Shown here: piece by piece, positions 8,546-22,690 of the stretch | How the letters are laid out: every line of letters begins with the position of its first letter | Numbering within the stretch: the stretch's first letter is position 1 | Source: Eledone cirrhosa | Lineage: Eukaryota | Assembly (NCBI GenBank): GCA_964016885.1 | Contig: OZ024762.1 | Location: 17,484,001 to 17,548,000, forward strand | Direction of reading: 5' to 3' | Length of the DNA: 64,000 nt | Position numbers and translations under genes: made by a program | Notes under the pieces: generated by a model | Seen by the model: the letters and a program-made list of their open reading frames with translations, nothing else | The model's database searches: none | What the model was told of the DNA's origin: nothing

Positions 8546-9277
8546 GTAAAAGTGTTATTACTGTAATATAAAGTAGAAACTGTTTATTTAAACAAAGCTG
8601 CGATGCAACGATCATCAAAGCAAACCCCAAAATGTCAACAAACTTCTCGCAGGTGCTGCCAGATACACGATAACGTGTATACGAAGTGTAACAGGGAGTT
8701 GGGTCGTATTATATCACTTTCAAATTGACCCCTATTATATTCAAATTATCCCCTGTGGGGCGTGCACCCCACGTTGAGAATCCCTCATAAATAAATATAT
8801 GTGAGTGTGTTGCTATGACTGCTATTTCTAGCAGGTTTATTGCAGTCCTGTAGACGCACACCAAAAACCGGAAGTGGCAGCCATTAAAAAACTTTGGCTT
8901 AAAATCAGGCAAAAGTTTTTTAACAATTTGCCAAGAAAGATAACTCTTGTCTTACTTAATCGCAAAAATCGAGGCAAAAATTTTGCGGGTGTGCAGTTTG
9001 TTTGGTGTATTTGACTGCTTTTTCTAGCATATATGGACACTTTAGAAATAGCAGCGAAACACGGAAAACATAAGAAAGAAGGACACACACGTATATATAT
9101 ATATATTTAATTATGTATCTGTATATATATATATATACATATATATATGCACAGATATATATACATTTAAATATTTATATATATATACACGCGCGCACAC
9201 ACACCTATACGTAGATATGGGTGTGTGTATAGCTGGTATATATATATATATATATATGTATGGGTGAGTGTATAGCT

Positions 9278-9349
<72 letters not shown>

Positions 9350-9878
9350 GGTGTGTGTCCTTCTTTCTGCTGTTTTCCGTTTTTCGCTGCTATTTCTAAA
9401 GTGTCCATACATGCTAGAATTAGCAGTCAAATACACCAAACAAACTGCACACCCGCAAAATTTTTGCCTCGATTTTTGCGATTAAGTAAGACAAGAGTTA
9501 TCTTTCTTGGCAAATTGTTAAAAAACTTTTGCCTGATTTTAAGCCAAAGTTTTTTAATGGCTGCCACTTCCGGTTTTTGTTGTGCGTCTACAGGACTGCA
9601 GTAAACCTGCTAGAAATAGCAGTCATGCAACACACTCACATATATTTATTTATGAGGCATTCTCAACGTGGGGTGCACGCCCCACAGGGGATAATTTGAA
9701 TATAATAGGGGTCAACTTGAAAGTGATATAATACGACCAAGCTTCCAGATACACTTCGTATACACATGTTATCGTGTATCTGGCAGCACCTACGAGAAGT
9801 TTGTTTTGATCATCGCTGCATCGCAGCTTTGTTTAAATAAGGGGTTTCTACTTTATATTACAGTAATAAATGTTTTAC
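8546..9878. repeat. Long inverted repeat, unit 2 copy
   Basis: Homologous to 222-1543. Confidence 0.93.
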
Positions 9879-10003
9879 TTCGTCTACACATGTTATCGTG
9901 TATCCGGCAGCACCTATGGGCTGTTTGTTTACCGTTTGGTGTTTAATTTGATTATCGCTTCATAGCAGGTTTGTTTAATTAAAGGTTGCGAGGGGGATCA
10001 CTG

Positions 10004-10058
<55 letters not shown>

Positions 10059-10289
10059 ACGCAAAGACACACACATATATATACATACACGCAGACATAC
10101 ACCTGTGTGTATGTGTACGTGCGTGTCTTTGGCTGCTCTCTCTATATATATATCTCTCTCTCTCTCTTTTTCTCTCTGTGTATATATATATAGACACACA
10201 CTGTTGTTTCCTGATTTTTAGTGCTGTTTCTAAAGTGTCTATTAATATATGCTAGAAATAGCAGTCAAGGGAACATTTACGTATATATA

Positions 10290-10695
10290 TGTAAGGGCAG
10301 TGACACCTGCTGCAACAACCATCCAACCTCGTGGGACTCCATCCTCAGACGGGCCACAGACACTCCGATGTTGCGGAGGAGCTCGGCTGTAATGGGTCCA
10401 AGTTGACCTGGGGTCTCGACGGCGGCTGGTGCGTATAGAAGAGGCTCCAGGACAAACACCGGAATTTGTTTATTTTATGTTCATCTGCGAGACGGGCAGC
10501 GATGCTGGGGTTTGTGGATCTACCTCCTTCGAATGGGAAGAGGGTGATTCCCTCGGGGTGCTTGCCATCTCCGCGGCCTAGGCCTGCTGGCTCCTGTTGA
10601 GATGGAAAGTCAGCTGCGTCTAGGCTTCTTCTCATTATGTCGTTGAGAGCATTTATGTGGCTCACACACGCGGAGGCCAAGGCGTTGGGCTACTC
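10290..10695 (-). mobile_element. CRE fragment 1, unit 2
   Basis: ORFs 10277..10459 and 10345..10680. Confidence 0.8.
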
Positions 10696-11871
10696 CGATG
10701 CGAGTTCACTCATCATCAAGAATTTATTTGAATTGAAAGGTCACTAAACTAATATAGGAGTGTGATTTAAAAATAAGGTAAACAGAAATAGTTACACCGG
10801 TAACATAATTACTGTTACACCGGTAGTTCACTAACAAATCATTTCACGTTCGTCTCTAACAGGTAATATTTTAATTTGCTCTCCATGTTTGGGAGTAACT
10901 GTAGTTTGGCTTGCTAGGGGTCATACATCTTCATACACATACACACATACATATATACATATGCATATATATAATTATATGTAAATTCAGCTCCGTATTT
11001 AGGACAAATGAGGCCTGTTCTAGTTATGAGGCCCCTTTCTTGGGCTCAGTAGGATGTAGGCTTGTTAAAATAATTCTTTCGGTAGGAAGATGGGCCCTTC
11101 TGTGTAGATTCCTTCCTTAATATTTCAGATAGGAGGGACCGTTTCTGTTGTCTTCCTTTAGTTGTTCATTCCTTATTTTCAGTAATGTCCTTTCCGACCA
11201 TAATTATGTCGGCGACGTAAGCATAAGTCTAATTTATTCTTTAATGAAGGGTAGATCCTTCGATAGTGGAGGCCCGTGGTCTTACGATCATATGTGTATT
11301 CGATTCCTGGACTGTGTTGTTAGTTGTTTTACTTGAGCAAAAACTTCATTTCACATAGGTGGGGGGTTAACCCTGCGATCGACTGACATCATGTCCAGGG
11401 GGAAGTCATGTACTCTCAGTCTCTTTACGCTACAGGAACTGGGACAGGCACCTGCTTGAGCTGACTTTACACTTTGGAAATCCTTAGATATTCTTCTTGG
11501 TGATATATTTGTTAGCTTTGACTTTAATTCATCTGTTGACACCACTAATAATTCATAGATAGAAAAACGTTTGTGGCTTTAGTACACCTTTAAGCTTTAA
11601 TTTCAATTACTGACTATGTCTAACGAAGTAATAACTGGAGCGACTAAACCAGGGTTTCCTAACCTGGTGATATCAACCACCGGTGGCTGATTTCAACTTG
11701 GTCTCTTCGGCCACAAACCCGGGTACCGCGGCCCACGAAGGAAAGGAAGATAAACAAATATCAGAGGATTGTCCGGCTTCTTCCACTTGGCACCTGAAGC
11801 CACCATCACGTATAAGTATAAATATAAATATATATATATACATATCTATCTATCTATCTATCTATATATAT

Positions 11872-12377
11872 ATCATCATTTTCATTTTACATCTGCTTTT
11901 CCCTGTTTGAAAGGGTGGGACATATATATATATATATATATATATCATCCTCATTATACATCCACTTTTCCCTGCTTATAAGGGTGGGACAGATCCTCTT
12001 CAGCGCAGCATCTCTCCTTCACCATCTCCTCTGAGCTTCAACGATCTGAGGTCAGCTCTCACTAGCTCTGCCCATATCTTCCTTGGTCTTCCTCTACTGC
12101 ATATTCCTCCCACTGGGATTACTTGGCACTTCTTCACCCTGCGGTAATCCTGCATACGCATCGCATGGCCATACCAACGCAGTCTTTTCTCCCGCACACT
12201 GCAGTTTATCCTTCTTATAGAGTTTCACTCTCAACTCGTCCATACTTGGTCTTTCACGCACATTGACATTGCACATCCAATGGAGCATGCTTGCTTCATT
12301 TCTCTTCAGCCTTCGCATATCCTCTGCAGTTGCTGCCCATGTCTCACTACCATGCAACATTGTGCATCTCACACAGG
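11872..12377 (-). mobile_element. RTE LINE 3' fragment, unit 2
   Basis: ORFs 12000..12197 and 12094..12372. Confidence 0.9.
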
Positions 12378-14751
12378 GTTAAATACTTGCTCAGAGAGGA
12401 ACAGACCCACTTTATCATGTATTTGACCATGGTTCTTGTTGATTGTCATGGCATATGACAGTCTTAATGGAAACTGGGGTCTTTCCAAAGTAAAAGGGAT
12501 GTTGGCACCACTGGGAGCTAACTTCAGTCTTGGGATCAAAACACACCTGCCCATCAAAGGACCATAGATATGAGAAGCTTCGATAAAATGTTTATGCAGT
12601 TCCACTACTTCTAATCTTGTGCCATTACATAATCTGTTCTGGATTGAAATATTCCATAGAAGCATTATTATTGATCCTGCTTTTAATTGGAGTTTGTGAG
12701 GCGGCATCCCAGAAGGTGTAAGCAAGTTCAGATGTTCATTTAGCTTGAACCAGGCAGCAAGGGTAGTGTCTCGGTGTCCCTGTATTTCTACTGCAACCTG
12801 AGCATTGCCTCTTTGAAAGTAAACTCTGTTTGTTCTCCAGGTGTGTGTCTAGTTTGTATACTGTATGTGATGTACCATGAAGCTTAAATTCCGAGAGACA
12901 CGACACTGCTTCTGGCTGAGACACATACCTGCAACAAAGATAGGTTCTTATTTCATCATGGTTGTGTTGGTTCTGAGCCTTATTAGGTAATGCATTATTC
13001 GTTACTTCTATAGTTGTACAATCATGCCCCATGTAATATATTTAAAGAGGTACTTGACACTTTTTACAGAAGGGCAAGCTTCAACATTAATATGTGCACA
13101 ATATTTCTTAAGCAAAAAGGCATTAAATGGCACAACCTTCCTGTTATCTACTGAATGTCATCCAATTTACACTGCAGTTCCTGTACTCTGGGTATCCATT
13201 TAGGTTCAATAATGTTTCCCTTCTGTAGGTTTATGGATAGTTCTTTTGGAAAAATCCATTTTGTATAAATGGGGAAAAAGGGTTTCCAGAACCACATGGC
13301 CCGTGGATCATAAACTTTTAAACCTGCTCATGTAGTACTGGATCATCTTCCAATGCAGGTATTTCTGCTGACACGATTCTGTCAATGTCTTCTCTGTTTC
13401 TTATCTTGCCTTCATTTCTTAAGGCTCAGTGTTATCATCTGTTTAGATAATTCATTAAACCATTATACTCATCCACTCACAATTGGGCTTGATTGTTCCT
13501 CAAATATTGAAGCCTGCATCCCTCTACTTTCATATAGGCATCCACTAAATACTGCTAAAATAATTTACCTGCCCTATATATCGCACTAAATCCTCCTCTA
13601 TATGCTATACAGTATATGTAATACTCTGCATTGTCAGTCTATTGCAAACACAGGTCCTGCATTCCTCTCCATGTCACTATGCCACCAAAATTCACCATTA
13701 TGGGTCGGTCATGAATTATGTGGTATTTTCTGAGGAGGATGGTCTTTAGGAAAGATGATAATATCTCTTTGTACAGGTGGTGTGCCCTCAATCCCCCACA
13801 AAACAACAGCTATCATTACTAGTTGGTAAATTATCGCAGCTCATATCTGATCCTCTTTTAAATCTTAATTCACAGTTCTGTACACAACAATTTCCTCTTC
13901 TTGCACTTTGCTGTTTGATGCCATGCATTGTATTGTACACTTCGACATATGGATTACATTCATGCAACACCTCTCTTATCATAGTCATTTTTTGTGGTGA
14001 GCAGTCATTATTTGTTGGCACTAGGGCAGTGGATTGGCAGTATCGGTAGAGCGTCAGACACCATGCTTTGCAGCATAGGGTTATGGCCCATTACGTTCTG
14101 GGTCCAAATCCCTCCAAGGTTGACTTTGTTTTCATCCTTATGAGGTCGATAAATAAAGTACCAGTAATACACTGGAGTAATTGCTGACCTTGTGCCAGAA
14201 ACAATTATTTGGTGGTACTTCCAATCTGTGCTACACAGCTTCATTCCCATCAATAATATATAACTGGCCATATTGTGGTGTATTTTCTGCAGGTTACAGA
14301 GGTGGGGGTGTAGTGATATGTTTGACCCTGAATATGAAAGCTATACGGGCCTCTGCCAGGTGGTAAGGCAAGTTTAACACGAAATGAAGTGAAATAAATG
14401 TAGTTTTAATTGCAGATGTTTCTGTGAAATCAACTGCTTCCTGGCCTCTTTCAAAGAGATTTCTCAGTCTCTCAGGGTATATTTGCAATGGAGGCAACAC
14501 AACCTTTCCTTTATTACAACAGTTACAATTTTCATTTCTAAATTTCAAAGCTCCACAGTGATCACAAGAAACATTCATATCACTAATATGAAATTCTTCT
14601 ACATTTCCATTAATATTAATTGTTGGCCAATTTCTCTTACGACGCTCATTATCCATTCTTCTCTGTCTGAATGTTTTCCATTCTGTTGTTTATTATGTAA
14701 TTAAATAGCTCTGTACAATACAGAGAGCACTCTTCTTTTCTTTACCTTTTC
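12374..14751 (-). mobile_element. Helitron RepHel pseudogene, unit 2
   Basis: ORFs from 12369 to 14656. Confidence 0.93.
14023..14203 (+). mobile_element. SINE in Helitron, unit 2
   Basis: Homologous to 5667-5847. Confidence 0.85.
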
Positions 14752-14963
14752 TATGGAAATACAAGAACAAACATATATATATATATATATATATGTATAT
14801 AAATAAACAAGACTGTTATTTCTCCAACCAGTCTATTTACCTTCGATAACTAAATATCAATACACCTATACCATACATACATATACAATATTTGTTTTTG
14901 ATGCCGTGGTATAGCAGAGATAAGCAAGAAGAGAAAAGAAAATGAAAAGGAGAAAAAAAAAGA

Positions 14964-15269
14964 AGTAAGAAGTCGGGGGAGGGACAGACACTTCACCCCA
15001 GTCTAAGTGGTCCCTCAGCCGCAACTCGTGGAAGAAACGTAAAAGCGTTACCTCGGAGCAAGCCCAGAGACACCTGCTACAATAGTCGCCCTTCCTCACG
15101 AGGCTCCTGCCGTCTTTCCTCCCGACTTTATGGAGGAAATCAGCAGTACGGGGACCAAGTATGGCAGAGGTCTCAATGGAGTGGAAGAGATGAGTCAGGC
15201 CTCGGTACTATCTTACTCTCCTCTGCATTGCGGGGTGTGGAGCCTAGGATTGTGGCTGTAGCTATATTT
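14964..15269 (-). mobile_element. CRE fragment 2, unit 2
   Basis: Homologous to 6600-6905. Confidence 0.75.
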
Positions 15270-16890
15270 GAACTTTTATATGAAATTTCAGTTTTATATT
15301 TTTCACATCTTAAAACTTAATCTTAGTCTTTTGCAGCTCATCTTGTTTCATCTCGCAGCACACGATTTGGGAACCACTGCTCTAGAGATAGAAAAAGTAT
15401 ATTTTATGCAGGGTTTCCCTGAGACATAAAAACTATTTCAAGAGATCGACATGGGTAGAAAGGTTGAGAAATGCTGCACAATGTTCTTTGGGTTTTGTTC
15501 ACCTTTAAATAATCATGTATAAAATATCGGGTGTGCAAGATTTCATGAAAAGGTATAACATTATTTATGCTGATCTTGCAGGGACTAGCTCCAATTGAGA
15601 GTTGTACCAATTCCCACTAAACTCGAAACTCCTGGACAATATATACATATCTTTATAAGTTCCTGTGTATTGTGTCGCTGTATAATGAAACATAAATATA
15701 TACCATGCATGTCAGTCAGATTTGAACTCACTATATTTGGCGTTTTATAGATATAATTTGTTTGTTAAAAGAATTGATTAAATAATAACTAAATAAAATT
15801 AATTCTACAATCCTGGATAGGGAATGAACTTATAACTTCATAATAGAAACCATCTATTCGAGCAGTATTGCCACCAGGTTACTTACAGAACTTCATTCAA
15901 ATATAAAGTATAAAATATATGTCAGACAGTGAGTTCGAATCTAACTGATTAGTTGCCAACCGGTAGGTGATATCGACTAGGTTGGGAAAACTTGGTTAAG
16001 TAGCTCCAGTTATTGCTACGTTAGACATATTCAAGACTTATCGAGACCGAATGGAAGAAAGGTAAAGTTGAAATCAGAGTAAAGAACTGGAAAAATACTG
16101 CAAAGAATTCTATCGGATGTTCTAACAATTCTACCAAATTACCTTATGTATATAAATTTATATCTGGAGATAAGAAGAAAACTGAAAGAAAGAAAAAAAA
16201 AAAAAAAATGAAACTTTATATGTAACCCAGGATTGAAACCGAAACCAGGACCTCCACCATCTCTGGTATCACCCACCAGACCACCATGAAAGATACAAAA
16301 ATCTGCTTTTTTAATATTTATAAGCCTACTTTCAATATTAAAGTAATTAACATGTGGTGTTGTTCATGCCTTTCTCTATGTTATTGGTAAAAAATAAAGT
16401 ATTTAAACCTCAAATTTTGTTATTCAAATATGCTTGCTTATGTAATTATTAATGTCGCAGAATACACACGCATATATAGATGTGAAAATATTCAGGACCC
16501 CAACGGCTGTGCTATTGCCGTTTCGACATTTATATATATATCTTTTAGTCCTAGGCTCTTTCAGCGCAGAAAGAATTCTCCAATGATCACAACCAGCTAA
16601 TGGTGCCCAGTGGAAGCACTTTAGTCTAATTATAACCCCAACGATCACGACTAGCGGCGGCTTTTTCGAGTCTGAGGTTGACTGCCAGATATATATATAT
16701 ATATTGTTATACTTTGCTAGAATCCCGGAGAACAACAGAAAGATGCTGAGTTCAGAGTTTAAAAAACAATAGAAAGAAGGGCATAAATAAATATATATCA
16801 GTGGTTTAAAACCTTCTCTGCACCATGCCCCACCACGACATTTAAAATATGTTTATGTCCCCCCTTTAATATAAAAACAATCCGAGTCTT

Positions 16891-17461
16891 GTAAAAGTGT
16901 TATTACTGTAATATAAAGTAGAAACCCCTTATTTAAACAAAGCTGCGATGCATCGATGATCAAAACAAACTTCAAAATGTCAACAAACTTCTCGCAGGTG
17001 CTGCCAGATACACGATAACGTGTATACGAAGTGTAACAGGGAGTTGGGTCGTATTATATCACTTTCAAATTGACCCCTATTATATTCAAATTATCCCCTG
17101 TGGGGCGTGCACCCCACGTTGAGAATCCCTCATAAATAAATATATGTGAGTGTGTTGCTATGACTGCTATTTCTAGCAGGTTTACTGCAGTCCTGTAGAC
17201 GCACACCAAAAACCGGAAGTGGCAGCCATTAAAAAACTTTGGCTTAAAATCAGGCAAAAGTTTTTTAACAATTTGCCAAGAAAGATAACTCTTGTCTTAC
17301 TTAATCGCAAAAATCGAGGCAAAAAATTTTGCGGGTGTGCAGTTTGTTTGGTGTAATTGACTGCTATTTCTAGCATATATGGACACTTTAGAAATAGCAG
17401 CGAAACACGGGAAACATAAGAAAGAAGGACACACACGTATATATATATATAATTATGTATC

Positions 17462-17492
<31 letters not shown>

Positions 17493-18189
17493 GCACAGAT
17501 ATATATACATTTAAATATATATATATATATACACGCGCGCACACACCTATACGTAGATATGGGTGTGTGTATAGCTGGTATATATATATATGTATGGGTG
17601 AGTGTATAGCTGGTATATATATATATATATATATATATATAGGTGTGTGTCCTTCTTTCTGCTGTTTTCCGTTTTTCGCTGCTATTTCTAAAGTGTCCAT
17701 ACATGCTAGAAATAGCAGTTAAATACACCAAACAAACTGCACACCCGCAACATTTTTGCCTCGATTTTTGCGATTAAGTAAGACAAGAGTTATCTTTCTT
17801 GGCAAATTGTTAAAAAACTTTTGCCTGATTTTAAGCCAAAGTTTTTTAATGGCTGCCACTTCCGGTTTTTGTTGTGCGTCTACAGGACTGCAGTAAACCT
17901 GCTAGAAACAGCAGTCATAGCAACACACTCACATATATTTATATATGAGGGATTCTCAACGTGGGGTGCACGCCCCACAGGGGATAATTTGAATATAATA
18001 GGGGTCAATTTGAAAGTGATATAATACGACCAAGCTTCCAGATACACTTCGTATACACATGTTATCGTGTATCTGGCAGCACCTAGGAGAAGTTTGTTGA
18101 CATTTTGAAGTTTGTTTTGATCATCGATGCATCGCAGCTTTGTTTAAATAAGGGGTTTCTACTTTATATTACAGTAATAAATGTTTTAC
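16891..18189. repeat. Long inverted repeat, unit 3 copy (outer arms more perfect)
   Basis: Homologous; outer arm segments are exact reverse complements. Confidence 0.95.
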
Positions 18190-18320
18190 TTCGTCTACAC
18201 GTGTTATCGTGTATCCGGCAGCACCTATGGGCTGTTTGTTTCCATTTTGGTGTTTAATTTGATCATCGCTTCAAAGCAGGTTTGTTTAATTAAAGGTTGC
18301 GAGGGGGATCACTGATATAA

Positions 18321-18426
<106 letters not shown>

Positions 18427-18509
18427 CAAAGACACACATATATATACATACACGCAGACATACACCTGTGTGTATGTGTATGTGCGTGTGTGCGTGTCTT
18501 TGGCTGCTC

Positions 18510-18548
<39 letters not shown>

Positions 18549-18654
18549 ATATATACAGACACACACTGTTGTTTCCTGATTTTTAGTGCTGTTTCTAAAG
18601 TCTCTATTAATATATGCTAGAAATAGCAGCCAAGGGAACATTTACGTATATATA

Positions 18655-19058
18655 TGTAAGGGCAGTGACACCTGCTGCAACAACCATCCAACCTCGTGGG
18701 ACTTCATCCTCAGACGGGCCACAGACACTCCGATGTTGCGGAGGAGCTCGGCTGTAATGGGTCCAAGTAGGCCTGGGGTCTCGACAGCGGCTGGTGCGTA
18801 GAAGAGGCTCCAGGACAAACACCGGAATTTGCTTATTTTATGTTCATCTGCGAGACGGGCAGCGATGCTGGGGTTTGTGGATCTACCTCCTTCGAATGGG
18901 AAGAGGGTGATTCCCTCGGGGTGCTTGCCATCTCCGCGACCTAGGCCTGCTCGCTCCTGTTGAGATGGAAAGTCAGCTGCGTCTAGGCTTCTTCTCATTA
19001 TGTCGTTGAGAGCATTTATGTGGCTCACACACGCGGAGGCCAAGGCGTTGGGCTACTC
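18655..19058 (-). mobile_element. CRE fragment 1, unit 3 (single 133-aa frame)
   Basis: ORF 18642..19043 lacks the 2-bp frameshift found in short units. Confidence 0.82.
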
Positions 19059-20193
19059 CGATGCGAGTTCACACATCATCAAGAATTTATTTGAATTGAA
19101 AGGTCACTAAACTAATATAGGAGTGTGATTTAAAAATAAGGTAAACAGAAATAGTTACACCGGTAACATAATTACTGTTACACCGGTAGTTCACTAACAA
19201 ATCATTTCACGTTCGTCTCTAACAGGTAATGTTTTAATTTGCTCTCCATGTTTGGGAGTAACTGTAGTTTGGCTTGCTAGGGGTCATACATCTTCATACA
19301 CACACACATACTATATATATATACATATGCATATATATAATTATATGTAAAGTCAGCTCCGTATTTAGTACAAATGAGGCCTGTTCTAGTTATGAGGCCC
19401 CTTTCTTGGGCTCAGTAGGATGTAGGCTTGTTAAAATAATTCTTTTGGTAGGAAGATGGGCCCTTCTGTGTAGATTCCTTCCTTAATATTTCAGATAGGA
19501 GGGACCGTTTCTGTTGTCTTCCTTTAGTTGTTCATTCCTTATTTTCAGTAATGTCCTTTCCGACCATAATTATGTCGGCGACGTAAGCATAAGTCTAATT
19601 TATTCTTTAATGAAGGGTAGATCCTTCGATAGTGGAGGCCCGTGGTCTTACGATCGTATGTGTATTCGATTCCTGGACTGTGTTGTTAGTTGTTTTACTT
19701 GAGCAAAAACTTCATTTCACATAGGTGGGGGGTTAACCCTGCGATCGACTGACATCATGTCCAGGGGGAAGTCATGTACTCTCAGTCCCTTTACGCTACA
19801 GGAACTGGGACAGGCACCTGCTTGATAAGTCTCCAGGCTTGAGCTGACTTTACACTTTGGAAATCCTTAGATATTCTTCTTGGTGATATATTTGTTAGCT
19901 TTGACTTTAATTCATCTGTTTACACCACTAATAATTCATAGATAGAAAAACGTTTGTGGCTTTAGTACACCTTTAGGCTTTAATTTCAATTACTGACTAC
20001 GTCTAACGAAGTAATAACTGGAGCGACTAAACCAGGGTTTCCTAACCTGGTGATATCAACCACCGGTGGCTGATTTCAACTTGGTCGCTTCGGCCACAAA
20101 CCCGGGTACCGCGGCCCACGAAGGAAAGGAAGATAAACAAATATCAGAGGATTGTCCGGCTTCTTCCACTTGGCACCTGTAGCCACCATGACG

Positions 20194-20230
<37 letters not shown>

Positions 20231-20252
20231 CTATCTATCTATCTATATATAT

Positions 20253-22530
20253 ATCATCATTTTCATTTTACGTCTGCTTTTCCCTGTTTGCAAGGGTGGG
20301 ACATATATATATATATATATCATCCTCATTATACATCCACTTTTCCCTGCTTATAAGGGTGGGACAGATCCTCTTCAGCGCAGCATCTCTCCTTCACCAT
20401 CTCCTCTGAGCTTCAACGATCTGAGGTCAGCTCTCACTACCTCTGCCCATATCTTCCTTGGTCTTCCTCTACTGCATATTCCTCCCACTGGGATTACTTG
20501 GCACTTCTTCACCCTGCGGTAATCCTGCATACACATCGCATGGCCATATCAACGCAGTCTTTTCTCCCGCACATTGCAGTTTATCCTTCTTATAGAGTAT
20601 CACTCTCAACTCGTCCATACTTGGTCTTTCACTCACATTGACATTGCACATCCAATGGAGCATGCTTGCTTCATTTCTCTTCAGCCTTTGCATATCCTCT
20701 GCAGTTGCTGCCCATGTCTCACTACCATGCAACATTGCAACATTGTGCATCTCACACAGGCATCAAACAACCAACCTTTTGTATGCAGGGAGAAACCCTT
20801 CTTTGTCACCAGAGGAAGCAGCTCCCTAAACGTCTTCCAGCCTGTCCTTATTCTAGATACTATGGCCTCGGAAACCCCCCCCCCTCTCCCATACTAATCT
20901 GATCACCTAGGTACTGAAGCTATCTACCACTTTTATAGAACCTACTTGCATTTGAAAAATGTGTCTCAATGCGACTTCTACTGTCAAATTTCCCTGTACA
21001 TCTACTGCATACGTAGTTTTCCCTACCTGTTAGTTTGCCTGCTATCCCACTACATCTCGTGTGTACCCAAGATCTGCATTGTGTACATTTTATAGAATGT
21101 ATGCCAATTCCTTTTCTGCATATCGAACATGACCATCAGAGTTTTGTCCTTTTTTCTACTTATCAACACTTTTGTTTTAGCTAGCTTCACTCTCAGTCCT
21201 CTTAAGTCCAACTGCTGTTTCCATAGCCAGAATTTATTCTCTAGCTCCTCTACTGATTCTGCTATAAAAACCAGATTGTCAGTATAGAGAAGTTCCAATG
21301 GGCAGCTAGTCTTAAACTCTTCTGTTATGGCTTGGAGGACTATAATGAACAAGAGCGGGCTGAGGACCGAACTCTGATGGACTCCTCCTTGTATCTGGAA
21401 TTCCTCACTAAACTCCATTCCTACCCTCACTTTACAGACAGCACCTCTGTACAAAGCTTGCACTGTCCTCACAAGCCATTCCTCAACACCTAGTTTCCTT
21501 AGGGATCACCAGATGACAGATTGGGGTACACTATCAAAGGCTTTCTCTAGGTCAACAAAAGCTAAGTATAATGGCTTATTCTTCTCAAAGAACCTCTCTT
21601 GTAGTTGTCTCACTAAGAAGAGGGCATCAGTTGTACTTTTCCCAGGCACAAAACCAAACTGCATCTCATCTAGTTTGACTCTTTCTCTAATTAGTTGCTC
21701 TAATATCCTTTCTGCCACTTTCATAACCTGATCCATCAGTTTTCTGCCTCTATAATTGATCCGCTCCAGAGCATCCCCTTTACCTTTGTAGCAATTTATG
21801 AGAATACTGCTGCACCAGTCTTTGGGTATGACTCCGCCATATATAGCTTGATTGATTATGCTTGCAACCAGTTTAGTACCTACTTCTCCTCATGCCTTCA
21901 GCATCTCAGCAACTATCCCTGATGGTCCAGCTGCCTTACCATTTTTCCTTTCTTTAATTGCCTCTTTGACCCTATAGTCATCAATCTCAATAGCTGGTCC
22001 CTCTGTTGGGTCAAATGTGGGTAGTTTCTCTCTCTCCCATTCATTCTCCACATTCATCAGCCTCTCATAATGGCATTTCCAGGCCTCCTTTTTCTGATCA
22101 TTATTGACACTGCGTACACCAGCATCATTCCGGACACATTTATCTCCAACAACATCCCGATTTATACTGACACACTGGCTTGCAATGCGGAACACCGCAC
22201 GTCTTTGATCTTCCCGTCACAGAACATTGGCAACCCTCCTATTCTCAGCCTCCCTGCGTGCTAAGTACACCTGACGTCTAGCTTCTTTCTTAGCGGCTGT
22301 GCATCGGTCTCTACTCCCACCATTTATTCAAGTGTTCCATGCTAGTCTTTTGTCTCTAATGGCCTTATCTACCGTGTTGTCCCACCACCAGGTCACTCTC
22401 TGTCTGGTCGGAGCTCTGCTCCAGCCACAAGTGTCTTCAGCAGCCTGCAGTAAGTTGTCACATAAGAAATTCCAGTTATCTATGTCATACGATTCTAAAA
22501 CAGCTTCTTTCTCGTCATACACATCTTGAA
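20253..22530 (-). mobile_element. RTE-clade LINE, 5'-truncated, degenerate reverse transcriptase (unit 3)
   Basis: TWWWDN, GKAAGPSGIVAEMLK, QFGFVPGKSTTDA..AFVDLEKAFDSVP, GVHQSSVLSPLLF..LLYTDNL (YADD mutated); several stops and frameshifts. Confidence 0.95.
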
Positions 22531-22534
22531 GGGC

Positions 22535-22690
22535 TTAACCCCTTAGCATTTAAACCAGCTGTAACCGGCCAGAATTCTCTCACCTCTTTCTGTTCAAACC
22601 AGCCCTAATTAACCACTCATACTGATGTTAAAGTATTGTTCTGAAAATAAATAATATCGAAATCTCATAGATTCGATATTATGTGAGATA
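22535..22690 (+). mobile_element. piggyBac-type (TTAA-CCC) MITE end abutting the RTE 5' truncation (L units only)
   Basis: TTAA|CCCCTTAGCATTTAAACCAG: TTAA target plus CCC terminus; resembles an abundant octopus repeat (from memory, not searched). Confidence 0.6.

Larger units (their letters stand above)
8325..16671. repeat. Unit 2, short type B (8,347 bp)
   Basis: Anchor spacing; Helitron VVLPP/HLAEA variant; lacks the 16-bp segment. Confidence 0.95.
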
